A stretch of DNA of 64,000 nt from Alphaproteobacteria bacterium (GCA_965232515.1 CBDDPY010000002.1:3200001-3264000); one strand, 5' to 3'. Positions 27,943 to 38,548 are shown, numbered from the stretch's first letter. A program made the numbers and translations. The notes: generated from the letters alone by a model not told the origin.

Positions 27943-28794
27943 ATGAATGTTGTTTCAAAGCCGATCATCGATGCCGCGACCGACGCCGCGAAGGCGAAGG
28001 CCGCGGCGACCTACAACGCGGCGGCCGACCACTTCGACGACGAACCTTTGGCCTTCTGGGCGCGGCACGGCCGTGCCACCGTCGATCGGCTCGCCCTCCG
28101 GCCCGGCGCCACCGTGCTGGACGTCGGTTGCGGCACCGGCGCCTCGGCGCTGCCGGCGGCCGAGCGCGTCGGTCCGGTTGGCCGGGTGATCGGCGTCGAC
28201 CTGGCCGAGGGTCTGTTGGCCAAGGGGCGAGCCAAGGCGACCGAGCGGGGCCTGCGCAACGTCGAATTCCGCACCGGCGACATGGCGCAGCTTGGCTATC
28301 CGGACGGTCATTTCGACGCCGTGATCTGTGTCTTCACGATCTTCTTCCTGCCCGACATGGAGCGACAGGTGGCCGAGCTCTGGCGCATGGTACGGCCGGG
28401 CGGCCAGCTCGCCATCACCACCTGGGGTCCGCGCTTTTGCCAGCCGGGCGCGTCCTACTTCTGGTCCGCGGTTCGACGTGTACGACCGGATCTGCATGCG
28501 GCGTTCAATCCGTGGGACCGCATCAGCGATCCCGAGGCGGTGCGGCAACTGCTGCGCGACGGCGGCGTGCCGGACGTCGATGTCGTCGCCGTCGACGACC
28601 GGCAAAAGCTGCGCAGTTCCGAGGAATGGTGGACGGTCGTGCTCGGCGCCGGCTTCCGTTGGACGGTGGAACAGATGGGACCAACGATCGCGGCGCAGGT
28701 GCGCAACGTCTGCATCGAGTGTCTGTGGGAGAACGGCGTCAGCGAGATCCAGACCAACGCGATCTACGCCCTCGCCACGAAGGAAGATTTCTGA
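27943..28794 (+). CDS. Class I SAM-dependent methyltransferase (UbiE-like)
   Basis: VLDVGCGTG, VIGVDL, FDAVIC, RMVRPGG. Confidence 0.92.
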   Translation: MNVVSKPIIDAATDAAKAKAAATYNAAADHFDDEPLAFWARHGRATVDRLALRPGATVLDVGCGTGASALPAAERVGPVGRVIGVDLAEGLLAKGRAKATERGLRNVEFRTGDMAQLGYPDGHFDAVICVFTIFFLPDMERQVAELWRMVRPGGQLAITTWGPRFCQPGASYFWSAVRRVRPDLHAAFNPWDRISDPEAVRQLLRDGGVPDVDVVAVDDRQKLRSSEEWWTVVLGAGFRWTVEQMGPTIAAQVRNVCIECLWENGVSEIQTNAIYALATKEDF

Positions 28795-28833
28795 GTCCGA
28801 TCCGGACTTGTACGGGACCGCCGGCCATGAGAT

Positions 28834-29667
28834 GTGATGTGCATGCGCCGGCCGAACGGGAACGGGTTCGTGTTGCGCCGACTGCTGCTGCTGGCGGCGG
28901 TCGGCGCGACTATTGTCGGGCCGGCCTTGGCGGCGAATGAAATGCTGCCTGCTGACGTCGCCTCGGGATGGGTGTTCGCCAAGAGCCTGCCGGACGGGTT
29001 CAAGGCGCACGGCTACCAGGTCGTCTCGAAGGCCGACGGGCATCCGGTGCGCGCCGGCACGCAGTCGCTGCGGTTCGAGGTCCGGGCCGGCGATTGCGGC
29101 CGCGATCCGCGGCGGTTCGGCTGGGACGATTGCGCCCAGGACCGCGAGCGGCACGAGCTGATCCAGCGCGGCGACCGGCAGAAGGAGGGCCGGGAATTCT
29201 GGTACGGCTGGTCGATCTTCGCGCCGGAAGACTGGCCGAACGTGTTTCCGACCAAGGTCGCGATCGGTCAGTTCCATCAGCGCGGCGATCACGTCGTCTG
29301 GATGTTTCAGAACGCCGGCGGCGGCCTGCATGTCGACAATCAGGTGCCGGGCCACACGGTCGCGCTGTTGCCGCTGATCGCGGCGGAAGACTTTCGCGGA
29401 CGCTGGCACGACATCGCGGTGCATGTCCGCTGGTCGCGCGAGGACGACGGTTTCTTCCGGGTCTTCGTGAACGGCGCGCCGGTCTACGATTATGCTGGCG
29501 CCACCATGACGGCCGAGGAGGTCTATTTCAAATTCGGCATCTATCGCAGCTTCGTCAGCCGCTGGCGCGCGGCGACCGGCAAGCAGGAGTTGCCGACACA
29601 GGTTCTCTACCTCGACGAGATCCGCCGCGGGCCGACGCGGGACTCCGTGACACCGAGCCCGCGCTGA
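28834..29667 (+). CDS. Secreted polysaccharide lyase-like beta-jelly-roll protein
   Basis: Signal-like N-terminus; SLRFEVR.GDC, RERHEL, WYGWSIF, GQFH, GRWHD, YFKFGIYR, LYLDEI; start codon uncertain. Confidence 0.7.
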   Translation: MMCMRRPNGNGFVLRRLLLLAAVGATIVGPALAANEMLPADVASGWVFAKSLPDGFKAHGYQVVSKADGHPVRAGTQSLRFEVRAGDCGRDPRRFGWDDCAQDRERHELIQRGDRQKEGREFWYGWSIFAPEDWPNVFPTKVAIGQFHQRGDHVVWMFQNAGGGLHVDNQVPGHTVALLPLIAAEDFRGRWHDIAVHVRWSREDDGFFRVFVNGAPVYDYAGATMTAEEVYFKFGIYRSFVSRWRAATGKQELPTQVLYLDEIRRGPTRDSVTPSPR

Positions 29668-29671
29668 CGCG

Positions 29672-30559
29672 TCAGAACAGCACTAGGCCCGGCACCTTGA
29701 CGCGGACGCGATAGAGCGACGTCGAGGCGGTGACGAACAGGCTGCGGAGGTCGTCGCCGCCCCAGGTGAAGTTGGCGACGATTTCAGGAAACCGAATGAC
29801 GCCGAGGCACTCGCCGTGAGGATCGAACACGTGAATGCCGCCGGGGCCGGTGCAGAACAGGTTTTCCGCGCTGTCGATCTTCATGCCGTCCGCCCCGCCA
29901 TCGCCCTCGCCGGTCGGCGCGGCCCAGACACGGCTGTTGGCGAGCGTACCGTTGGTGGCGACGTCAAAAACCCGCACGTGAGCATGCTCGGTGTCGTTGA
30001 CGAACAGGCGCGTTTCGTCACGGCTGAAGCACAAGCCGTTCGGCTGGCCGAAATCGTCGGCGAGCAGCGTCAGCCGGTTGTCGTCGGGTTCGATGCGGTA
30101 GACGCCGCGGAACGGCAGCTCAACCTCGCGCGGCACGCCGTAATACTCCAGCCGACCGTAGGTCGGGTCGGTGAAATAGATGCCGCCGTCGCTTTTGACG
30201 ACGATGTCGTTGGGGCTGTTCAGCTCCTTGCCGTCCCAGTGGCTCGCCAGCACCTCGATCGCGCCGTCGAGGCCGGTACGGGTGACCCGGCTGGTGGCGT
30301 GCTCGCAGGTGACGATGCGGCCCTGGCGATCGTAGGCATTGCCGTTCGCCTTGTCGCTGGGCTGGCGGAAGGTCTCGATGCCACCGTCGGCGCGCCATAG
30401 CCGCATGTGATCGCCCGGCATGTCGCTGAAGATCAGATGGCGTTCCTTCGGGTGCCAGATCGGCCCCTCGGTAAAGGCGAAACCGCTGCCGATCTGCTCG
30501 ATCACGACATCGTCGCCGACGACGTCGCGGAAACCGTCCTGCCGGATCTCGACGTTCAT
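29672..30559 (-). CDS. SMP-30/gluconolactonase/LRE family protein
   Basis: FTEGPIW, LNSPND, YFTDP, PNGLCFS, DGMKID. Confidence 0.93.
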   Translation of the reverse strand: MNVEIRQDGFRDVVGDDVVIEQIGSGFAFTEGPIWHPKERHLIFSDMPGDHMRLWRADGGIETFRQPSDKANGNAYDRQGRIVTCEHATSRVTRTGLDGAIEVLASHWDGKELNSPNDIVVKSDGGIYFTDPTYGRLEYYGVPREVELPFRGVYRIEPDDNRLTLLADDFGQPNGLCFSRDETRLFVNDTEHAHVRVFDVATNGTLANSRVWAAPTGEGDGGADGMKIDSAENLFCTGPGGIHVFDPHGECLGVIRFPEIVANFTWGGDDLRSLFVTASTSLYRVRVKVPGLVLF

Positions 30560-30579
30560 CTGCCCCCCTTCCCTATCGG

Positions 30580-31089
30580 CTAGAGCCAGTACTGCAGCAC
30601 GTATTCCCAGGGTCCCTCGACGTTGACCAGGTCGACCCGTTGCATCTTGATGCGGTAGCCGTCGTCGGTCTTCTTCAGCTCGTGCCGATACTTGCCGGCG
30701 AAGTGCCGCATCTCGTCGTTGCGGTATTCGCTGACATGGAAGCGCGAGCGCGCGACGATATCGCCGGTCGCGGGATCTTCGGAATCGATGACGACGTTGG
30801 AGACCACGTGGCTCATCCGGTTCGGCGGCCGCTGCGAATGCGCGCGCGGGTGGTTGATGCGCTTGATGCGCATGTCCATCAGGAAGGCGTCCTCGTAGAA
30901 GATGTTCGGCACGCCCTCGCCGTGGTCCTGGTCTTCCGAGACCGGCATCCAGTAGAGGCCGTCATCGGTGAACATGGGCAGCCAGTCGTCCCAGCGGCGC
31001 TCGTCCAGCACCTCGGCCTGGCGGTAGAGGAACTGCTCGACCGCGCGCTGGGTTTCGGCGCTGACGGCGCCGTTTGCCTTGCCCGCCAT
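30580..31089 (-). CDS. Aromatic ring-hydroxylating oxygenase beta subunit
   Basis: QFLYRQAEVLDERRWDDW, YWMP, HVVSNV, RVDLVN. Confidence 0.92.
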   Translation of the reverse strand: MAGKANGAVSAETQRAVEQFLYRQAEVLDERRWDDWLPMFTDDGLYWMPVSEDQDHGEGVPNIFYEDAFLMDMRIKRINHPRAHSQRPPNRMSHVVSNVVIDSEDPATGDIVARSRFHVSEYRNDEMRHFAGKYRHELKKTDDGYRIKMQRVDLVNVEGPWEYVLQYWL

Positions 31090-31090
31090 C

Positions 31091-32407
31091 TCAGACCCCC
31101 GCCGACATGTATTCTTTCCAGGCCCGGAACTGGTTGCGCATCGGCGCCTCGCTCATGCCGGTGACCGAGGTGATGACGCCGTCCGCTTCCGTGTCCTGGC
31201 CGGCGTTGCGGTGGAAGCTGACCCACTCGCCGCCGTCCAGTTGCAGACCCTGATGGCAGGACCAGAAGTTATGCAGGTCGTCGGCGTTGACCATCGTCGA
31301 CGGCGAATTCACATGATAGTAGTAGGCGAGCGCTCGCCGGTAGATCGCCTCGGGCGCGCCCTTCAGCCGGAAATGCCAGATCTCGGTCAGCGTGCGGTCG
31401 GCGCCGAGCGGCCGCACGGCGCGCAACTGCTGCAGCGGCGACTGCACCGAGAGACAGGGATAGACCAGCACGTGGTGGATGTTGACGTCGAGGATCTCGG
31501 CGGCGCGTTCCTTGCCATAGGCCTTCTCCATCACCGCTTCGTATTCCAGCGTGTCGGGATCGCGCGGCCGCAGGCCCATATAGCCCTGCAGGATGCAATG
31601 GCCGTGCGGGAAGCCGACGGTCTCGAGCGAATCCCATTTCTCGAACGGCAGCGAGAAGGCCGACAGCATGCCGTAGGACATCGGCGGCTTCTCGCCGGTG
31701 CGGTCCTCGTAGTCGCGTTCCACGGCCGAGGCCGCGACGCCCGTCGATTCATGCGTAATGGACGGATGCAGCGCGTCGAGCTGATTCTCGAGAAAGATCT
31801 TCCAGTTGGATTTCTGGATCACCCGGAAGCAGTTCGGCACGACCTCGACCTCGCCCTCGGGCGCCCGGTCGCACATGTCGTCGAAGGCGACCTTGGCGCC
31901 GCCGAGCCAGGTTTCCAGGTCAGGGCCGTCCTTGGAGAGGCTGGCGAAGACGAAGCCGCGATAGGAGCCGCTGCGTTCGGCCGGCTTCACCTGTGCGTCG
32001 GGGCTGTCCATCGACATGCGCGTATTGTCGTAGCCGTCGCGGACCGGGATCTGGCGGACCGTGCCGTCCATGTAGAACTGCCAGGCGTGATAGGAGCAGC
32101 GGAACGCCTTGCCGGCATTGCCGTGCTGCTCGGGGCAGAGCAACGCGCCGCGGTGCGGGCAGCGGTTGTAGAGCACGTGCACCCGGCCGTCGTCGCCGCG
32201 CGACATGATCATGCGCTGCTTGCCGATCATGGTGGTCCAGAAGTCGCCCGGATTGGGCACCTGGCTTTCGTGGCCGACATAGATCCAGGATTTGTGGAAC
32301 AGCCGTTCCATCTCTAGGTCGAAGACCGCCTCGTCGGTATAGCAGGCCCGGTGCACCCGGTCCGGCTCGACCAGCCGATCGACGTTGAAACCGCCATTCG
32401 TATCCAT
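31091..32407 (-). CDS. Rieske non-heme iron oxygenase alpha subunit
   Basis: Rieske NRCPHRG...CSYHAW; mononuclear Fe site NWK..ENQLDALHPSITH ... ADD. Confidence 0.93.
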   Translation of the reverse strand: MDTNGGFNVDRLVEPDRVHRACYTDEAVFDLEMERLFHKSWIYVGHESQVPNPGDFWTTMIGKQRMIMSRGDDGRVHVLYNRCPHRGALLCPEQHGNAGKAFRCSYHAWQFYMDGTVRQIPVRDGYDNTRMSMDSPDAQVKPAERSGSYRGFVFASLSKDGPDLETWLGGAKVAFDDMCDRAPEGEVEVVPNCFRVIQKSNWKIFLENQLDALHPSITHESTGVAASAVERDYEDRTGEKPPMSYGMLSAFSLPFEKWDSLETVGFPHGHCILQGYMGLRPRDPDTLEYEAVMEKAYGKERAAEILDVNIHHVLVYPCLSVQSPLQQLRAVRPLGADRTLTEIWHFRLKGAPEAIYRRALAYYYHVNSPSTMVNADDLHNFWSCHQGLQLDGGEWVSFHRNAGQDTEADGVITSVTGMSEAPMRNQFRAWKEYMSAGV

Positions 32408-32546
32408 GTGGAGCGCCTCCCGTCGCGTCTGATTGCCGAGCACGATAGCGAATTCGCGCGGACTTCGCCAACACGCGCGGGGGTGCTAGGCTTCGCCACA
32501 GCGGTCACGATACCGCGATAAAAAAGAACACGAGAGGAGGCGAGCA

Positions 32547-33758
32547 ATGGGACAGAAACATAGGCTGCGCCGGGGGATCGTCGCGGCGCTGCTGCCAGCC
32601 TGCCTGATAGCAACGGCAGCAGTGGCCGAGGAAGTCAAGATCGGCGTCGTGCTGACCTATTCCGGCGGCGCCGCGTCGTTCGGCGAGCAGATCGACCGCG
32701 GCATGAACCTCTATCTGAAGCAGCACCCCGAGGCCTTCGGCGGCCATACGGTCAAGCTGATCAAGCGGGACTCCAAACGGCCAGGCGGCGACATCGCCAA
32801 GAACGCGGTGCAGGAGCTGATCACCCGCGAGAGGGTCGACATTCTGGCCGGCTTCGTGTTCTCGCCGAACGCCATGGCGAGCGCGCCGCTGGCGACGCAG
32901 GGCAAGGTGCCAATGATCGTGATGAATGCCGGCACGGCCTGGATCCCCAGCCTGTCACCCTATATCGCCCGGGTCTCGTTCACCATGTGGCATTCGGGCT
33001 ATCCCATGGGCAAATATGCGCACGACAAGCTGGGCTGCGGCACGGCGGCGGTGGGCTATACCGACTATCCGCCGGGCAAGGACAGCCTGAACGCCTTCAA
33101 GACAGGCCTCGAGGAAGCCGGCGGCCAGCTGGTGGACGCGGTACCCATGGGCGGCCCGCGCGAGGTGCCGGACTTCACGCCGTTCTTCCAGCGCGTCAAG
33201 GACAAGGGGCCGAACTGCTTCTACGTCTTCGTGCCGGCCGGCAACCACGCGGCGGCCGTGGTCAAGACCTATGCCGCGCTCGGCATGCGTGACGCCGGTA
33301 TTCGGCTGATCGGCCCGGGCGACATCACCCAGGACACCAAGCTGCAGGGCATGGGCGACGCGGCGCTGGACCTGATCACCATGCATCACTACGCGGCCGA
33401 CTATGACAATCCGCAGAACCAGGCCTTCGTTAAGGCATGGAAGGCGGAGTACGGCGCCGACAGCACGACCGACTTCATGGCCGTGCAGGGCTGGGACGGC
33501 ATGGCCGCCATCGCGCACGCCATCAAGGCGCAGAACGGCGACATCAGCGCCGAGGGCACGATCAAGGCACTTGCGGGGTGGACCTTCGACAGCCCGCGCG
33601 GCCGGATCATGATCGACGCCGACACGCGCGACATCGTGCACGACGCCAACGTGCACAAAATCGTCAAGCAGGACGGCCGCCTGGCGATCCAGGTGATCGA
33701 CACGGTGCCGCAGGTCAAGGACCCCTGCAAGGCGCTGAAAATCGGCAAGTGCAAGTAG
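32547..33758 (+). CDS. ABC transporter substrate-binding protein (Liv/aromatic-acid type)
   Basis: Signal peptide; VKIGVV..YSG; DFTPFFQR; SPRG. Confidence 0.9.
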   Translation: MGQKHRLRRGIVAALLPACLIATAAVAEEVKIGVVLTYSGGAASFGEQIDRGMNLYLKQHPEAFGGHTVKLIKRDSKRPGGDIAKNAVQELITRERVDILAGFVFSPNAMASAPLATQGKVPMIVMNAGTAWIPSLSPYIARVSFTMWHSGYPMGKYAHDKLGCGTAAVGYTDYPPGKDSLNAFKTGLEEAGGQLVDAVPMGGPREVPDFTPFFQRVKDKGPNCFYVFVPAGNHAAAVVKTYAALGMRDAGIRLIGPGDITQDTKLQGMGDAALDLITMHHYAADYDNPQNQAFVKAWKAEYGADSTTDFMAVQGWDGMAAIAHAIKAQNGDISAEGTIKALAGWTFDSPRGRIMIDADTRDIVHDANVHKIVKQDGRLAIQVIDTVPQVKDPCKALKIGKCK

Positions 33759-33854
33759 GCTGCGTGGAGGAAATGGTTGGTGAGGATGCCACCTGCGTTC
33801 GCGGCGACATCGACCAACAACTGCCTTTGTCTTTGCGCGACCTGAACATTTATT

Positions 33855-33880
33855 CCCCTCTCCCGCGAGCGGGAGAGGGG
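33855..33880. repeat. REP-like perfect palindrome
   Basis: CCCCTCTCCCGC-GA-GCGGGAGAGGGG, 12-bp stem between the binding-protein and permease genes. Confidence 0.65.
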
Positions 33881-33897
33881 TTTTATGTCGTCGCGCC

Positions 33898-34767
33898 GTG
33901 ACCGCTGTCGTCAGCATCCTGTTCGACGGGCTTGCCTACGGCATGCTGCTGTTCGTCATTTCCGTGGGCCTGTCGCTGACCATGGGGTTGATGGGGTTCG
34001 TGAACCTGGCGCACGGCGCCTTCGCCATGGCCGGCGGCTACGCCACGGTCAGCCTGATGAACGGGCTCGGCGTGCCGTTTCTCGTGTCGCTCGGTCTCGC
34101 CTTCGTCATCGTGACGGCGATCAGCGTGCCGTTGGAGCGCCTGCTCTACCGGCGGCTCTATGCCGCCGATGAGCTCGATCAGGTGCTATTGAGCATTGGC
34201 CTCGTGTTCATGGCCGTCGCGACGGTGACGTTCATCTACGGACCGGCGCCGCCGTCGATCGCCATGCCGGCGTTCCTGACCGGCCAGGTCGATCTCGGGT
34301 TCAGGACGGTCCCGACCTACCGCTTCTTCACCATCATCGTTGGCCTGGTGATGATCCTCGGGCTCTGGCTGGGCTTCGAGCGGACGATCGTAGGCGCCAA
34401 GATCCGGGCGGCCGTCGACAACCGGCGCATGGCGCGGTCGGTCGGCATCGACGTCGACCGGCTGTTCCTGCTGACCTTCGCGCTGGGCAGCGGCCTTGCC
34501 GGCCTCGGCGGCGGGCTCGCCATCGAGATCGTCGGCATGTCGCCGACCTTCGCCATCCAGTATCTCGTGTTCTTCCTGATCGTCGTCGCGGTCGGCGGCC
34601 TCGGCAGCATTCGCGGCGCATTCGTCGCCGCCGTGCTGCTGGGCGTCATCGACACGGCCGGCAAGTATTACTGGCCCGAGGGCGGCGCGTTCTTCATCTA
34701 TGCCGCGACGGTGGCCCTGCTGCTGCTGAAGCCGGCCGGGCTGTTCGGCCGGGACCACGCGGCATGA
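33898..34767 (+). CDS. Branched-chain amino acid-type ABC permease (LivH-like)
   Basis: GLSLTMGLMGFVNLAHG, GAKIRA, VGGLGS. Confidence 0.92.
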   Translation: MTAVVSILFDGLAYGMLLFVISVGLSLTMGLMGFVNLAHGAFAMAGGYATVSLMNGLGVPFLVSLGLAFVIVTAISVPLERLLYRRLYAADELDQVLLSIGLVFMAVATVTFIYGPAPPSIAMPAFLTGQVDLGFRTVPTYRFFTIIVGLVMILGLWLGFERTIVGAKIRAAVDNRRMARSVGIDVDRLFLLTFALGSGLAGLGGGLAIEIVGMSPTFAIQYLVFFLIVVAVGGLGSIRGAFVAAVLLGVIDTAGKYYWPEGGAFFIYAATVALLLLKPAGLFGRDHAA

Positions 34768-35765
34768 CGACGGTCACGGTCTCGGCCGACGCGGCGCGCG
34801 CCTATTTGCGGGACCGCGAACGCTGGCGGCCGGTCGAGGCCCTGCCCTGGCTGACCGCGGTGGCGGCGTTCTTCTTGGCTCCCGACTACATGGTCCTGGG
34901 CACGCAGGTGCTCATCATGATCATCTTCGCGCTGTCGCTGGACCTGATCCTGGGCTATGCCGGCATCGTTACGCTGGGCCATGCCGCTTACTTCGGCGTC
35001 GGGGCCTACGCCACCGGCATGCTGTCGGCGCATGCCGGCTGGACCGAGCCGGTCAGCGGCCTGCTGCTCGGCGGGCTCGCCGCCGGCCTCGTCGGCCTCG
35101 TCTCGGGCCTGGTGCTGTTGCGCTATCACGGCCTGACGCTGTTGATGCTGACGCTGGCGACGGCGATCCTGCTGCAAGAATTCGCCAACGTGGCCGAGGA
35201 CTGGACCGGCGGTTTCGACGGCCTGCTGGGCATGAGCTACGCGCCATTGCTGGGCGTATTCGAGAACGATCTCTGGGGCCATACCTATTACTGGTACGCG
35301 CTCGTCGTACTGGCGCTCTGTTTCCTGTTCGCGCGCCGGCTGGTGCATTCCGCATTCGGCCGGGCGCTGGTGGCGATCCGGGAGAACCGGGCGCGCATGC
35401 ATGCCATCGGCGCGCCGGTACGCCGCCGGCTGGTCACGGTCTACACGATCTCGGCGGTGATGGCGGGTCTCGCCGGTGCGCTGTTCGCGCAGGCGACCGT
35501 GTTCGTGACCTTGGACGTGCTCAGTTTCGCGCGCTCGGGCACGGTGTTGATCGTGCTGATCCTGGGCGGCACGGGCCGGCTCTACGGCGCCTTCGTCGGC
35601 GCGCTCGTCTACGTGATCCTGGAGGACGAGCTGGCGAAGGTGAGCCCGGAATTCTGGGAATTCGGCATCGGCCTGGTCTTGGTGCTTGTGGTGCTGTTCT
35701 TCCGTGGCGGCCTGCTCGGCGCCGTCGACGCCATGACCAAGCGCCTGCGGGCTCGGCCTTCGTGA
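34764..35765 (+). CDS. Branched-chain amino acid-type ABC permease (LivM-like)
   Basis: GYAGIVTLGHAAYFG, FGRALVAIREN, ILGG.G. Confidence 0.92.
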   Translation: MTTVTVSADAARAYLRDRERWRPVEALPWLTAVAAFFLAPDYMVLGTQVLIMIIFALSLDLILGYAGIVTLGHAAYFGVGAYATGMLSAHAGWTEPVSGLLLGGLAAGLVGLVSGLVLLRYHGLTLLMLTLATAILLQEFANVAEDWTGGFDGLLGMSYAPLLGVFENDLWGHTYYWYALVVLALCFLFARRLVHSAFGRALVAIRENRARMHAIGAPVRRRLVTVYTISAVMAGLAGALFAQATVFVTLDVLSFARSGTVLIVLILGGTGRLYGAFVGALVYVILEDELAKVSPEFWEFGIGLVLVLVVLFFRGGLLGAVDAMTKRLRARPS

Positions 35766-36506
35766 CGGCGGCGCTCGAGGTTCGGGATCTCTGCCGCAGC
35801 TTCGGCGCGCTCAACGTCACGCGCGACGTCAACATGGCGCTGGACAAGGGCGCGCGGCATGCGCTGATCGGCCCAAACGGCGCCGGCAAGACGACGCTCG
35901 TCAATCTGATCGCCGGCGCGCTGCCGCCGGAGTCGGGCACGGTGTTCATCGGGGGCCGGGACATCACGCGCCTCGATCAGGCAGCGCGGGTAAAGACCGG
36001 TCTTTGCCGCACGTTCCAGATCAACCAGTTGTTCCGCGCGCTGACCGTGCTGGAGAACGTCGCCCTGTCAATTTCCGAGCGGCGCGGCCGCGGCGCCGGG
36101 CTGTTCCGGCCGTTCTCGCGCAACGCCGATGTCGTCGACGAAGCGATGGCGTTGCTTGAGCGATTAAGGTTGGCGGACGATGCTCTGACGCCGGTGGCGG
36201 AGCTCGCCTATGGTGGTCAGCGCCTGGTCGAGATCGCCATTACGCTGGGCCAGCAGCCGACGGTGCTGCTGCTGGACGAACCGGCGGCCGGCGTGCCGTC
36301 GACCGAGAGCCACCTGCTGCTGGATCTGCTGGAAACCCTGCCCGACGACATCGCCATCCTGATCATCGAGCACGACATGGACGTGGTGTTCCGCTTCGCC
36401 GAGCGCGTGACGGTGCTGGTCGACGGCGCCGTGCTGGTCGAGGACACGCCGGCCAACATCGCCGAGAACGCCGACGTGCGCGCGGTCTATCTGGGCGAGC
36501 GGCGCG

Positions 36507-36514
<8 letters not shown>
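35762..36514 (+). CDS. ABC ATP-binding protein (LivG-like)
   Basis: GPNGAGKT, LLLDEPAAG, IEHDM, YLG. Confidence 0.93.
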
Positions 36515-37211
<697 letters not shown>

Positions 37212-37239
37212 CGCCGACGTCCGGACCGGATGGCACACT

Positions 37240-37277
37240 CTTCGAGACAGCCGCTACGCGGCTTCCTCAGGGTGAGG
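37240..37277. repeat. REP-like element (CCTCA..CTGAGG...TCTCGAAG type), intact copy
   Basis: Reverse complement CCTCACCCTGAGGAAGCCGCGTAGCGGCTGTCTCGAAG matches the IS-interrupted copy. Confidence 0.7.
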
Positions 37278-37311
37278 TCGGGCACTGATATCAATGCCCA
37301 GCCTCACGCTG

Positions 37312-38486
37312 GAGACCTTTGCACGGTAGGTGTTGTTTGTCGCTATGTTCGAGCTTGGCGCTGGGTTGTTAGCGGCGATCGCGCCTGTTTTCGAGCCGCT
37401 GACCGGCTTGAGGCCTGTTTGCTGTCGATGAGGTCGATATCGAGCGGCCTCAAGTTGCGCAGAGGACGGCGAGGCGTCGCAGGTTGTAGGCGAAACAGGC
37501 GAGCGTGACGGTGACTTCGTTGCGTGCTTGGCTGAAATGCGGCAGGCGGCTGAGGCGGTAGCTTCGTTTGAGGGTGCCGAAGATCTTCTCGACCGGTCGG
37601 CGCCGGGCCACCAGCCGGTGGTTCCGGGCGGTCTCTTCGGCGTTGAGCGGCCTGCCTTTACGGGCATGGCGCATGACCCCGTCGGCGATGCCGAGCGCCG
37701 CCAGATGATCGCGCAGGCGCCGGGCGTCATAACCACGGTCGGCATAGACGGCCTGCTCGTCGCCCTGAACCAAATCGGCGGCAAAGTCGATCTCCTGGCG
37801 ATTGGCCGGCGTCAGAAACAGGCCGCGGATCAGCGCCGAGCCCTGATCCACGGCCACATGCAGCTTGTAGCCAAAGCTATAGCGCCGGCGCTCGTTGTTG
37901 GTGCCAAAGCGCGCATCCGGATCGGTCCGGCTGGTCCGGCCTTCCTTGATCCGAGGCCGCCGCGCCGCGCTGCTCACCAGGCTGGCATCAATCAACGTGC
38001 CTTGTTTGAGCACGACCTGGTGCGCTTCGAGCTGACGCGACAACTCCCCCATCAGCGCCTCAAGACGCGCCGCCCCGCGTAGACGGTCCCGGAAACGGTG
38101 GATCGTCGAGTGATCGGGAACCGGATCGCTCAGGCTCAGACCGACAAACCGACGGAACGAGATCCGGTCCGCCAACGCCTCCTCCATCATCGGATCCGAC
38201 AGATTGTACCAGCGCTGCAACAGCAGCACCTTGAACATGATCAGCGCCGGATAAGACGGCTCGCCCCGACGCGACGGATAAAGCCCCTCCAGCAGCGCCT
38301 CAAACGGCCGCCAGTCCACAAGATCATTGATCTTCGACAGCCGATCGAACCGAGCGCCAAGCCGCGCCTCGACAACCGCGTCCTCAAACCCCAGCTGACC
38401 AACACGCTTGCGAGACATCTCAAACCCTCACCGACAGCCCCTATACCGTCAGTGAATCACGCTTCCCAAAACCGTGCAAAGGTCTC
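37312..38486 (-). mobile_element. IS5-family insertion sequence, about 1175 bp
   Basis: Perfect terminal inverted repeats GAGACCTTTGCACGGT (37312-37327) / ACCGTGCAAAGGTCTC (38471-38486); flanking direct repeat CACGCTG at 37305-37311 and 38487-38493 (or 17-bp IR with a 5-bp ACGCT duplication). Confidence 0.95.
37450..38418 (-). CDS. IS5-family DDE transposase
   Basis: LQRWYNLSD, SFRRFVGL, PDHSTI, IDASLV, FGYKLH, ADRGY, RRPVEKIFGTLKR. Confidence 0.95.
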   Translation of the reverse strand: MSRKRVGQLGFEDAVVEARLGARFDRLSKINDLVDWRPFEALLEGLYPSRRGEPSYPALIMFKVLLLQRWYNLSDPMMEEALADRISFRRFVGLSLSDPVPDHSTIHRFRDRLRGAARLEALMGELSRQLEAHQVVLKQGTLIDASLVSSAARRPRIKEGRTSRTDPDARFGTNNERRRYSFGYKLHVAVDQGSALIRGLFLTPANRQEIDFAADLVQGDEQAVYADRGYDARRLRDHLAALGIADGVMRHARKGRPLNAEETARNHRLVARRRPVEKIFGTLKRSYRLSRLPHFSQARNEVTVTLACFAYNLRRLAVLCAT

Positions 38487-38521
38487 CACGCTGAGGAGCC
38501 GGCGAAGCCGGCGTCTCGAAG
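38487..38521. repeat. Right part of a REP-like element interrupted by the IS
   Basis: Removing the IS and one duplication restores CCTCACGCTGAGGAGCCGGCGAAGCCGGCGTCTCGAAG. Confidence 0.7.
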
Positions 38522-38548
38522 CGCGCTATCGGGTCTCAGCCATCACCC

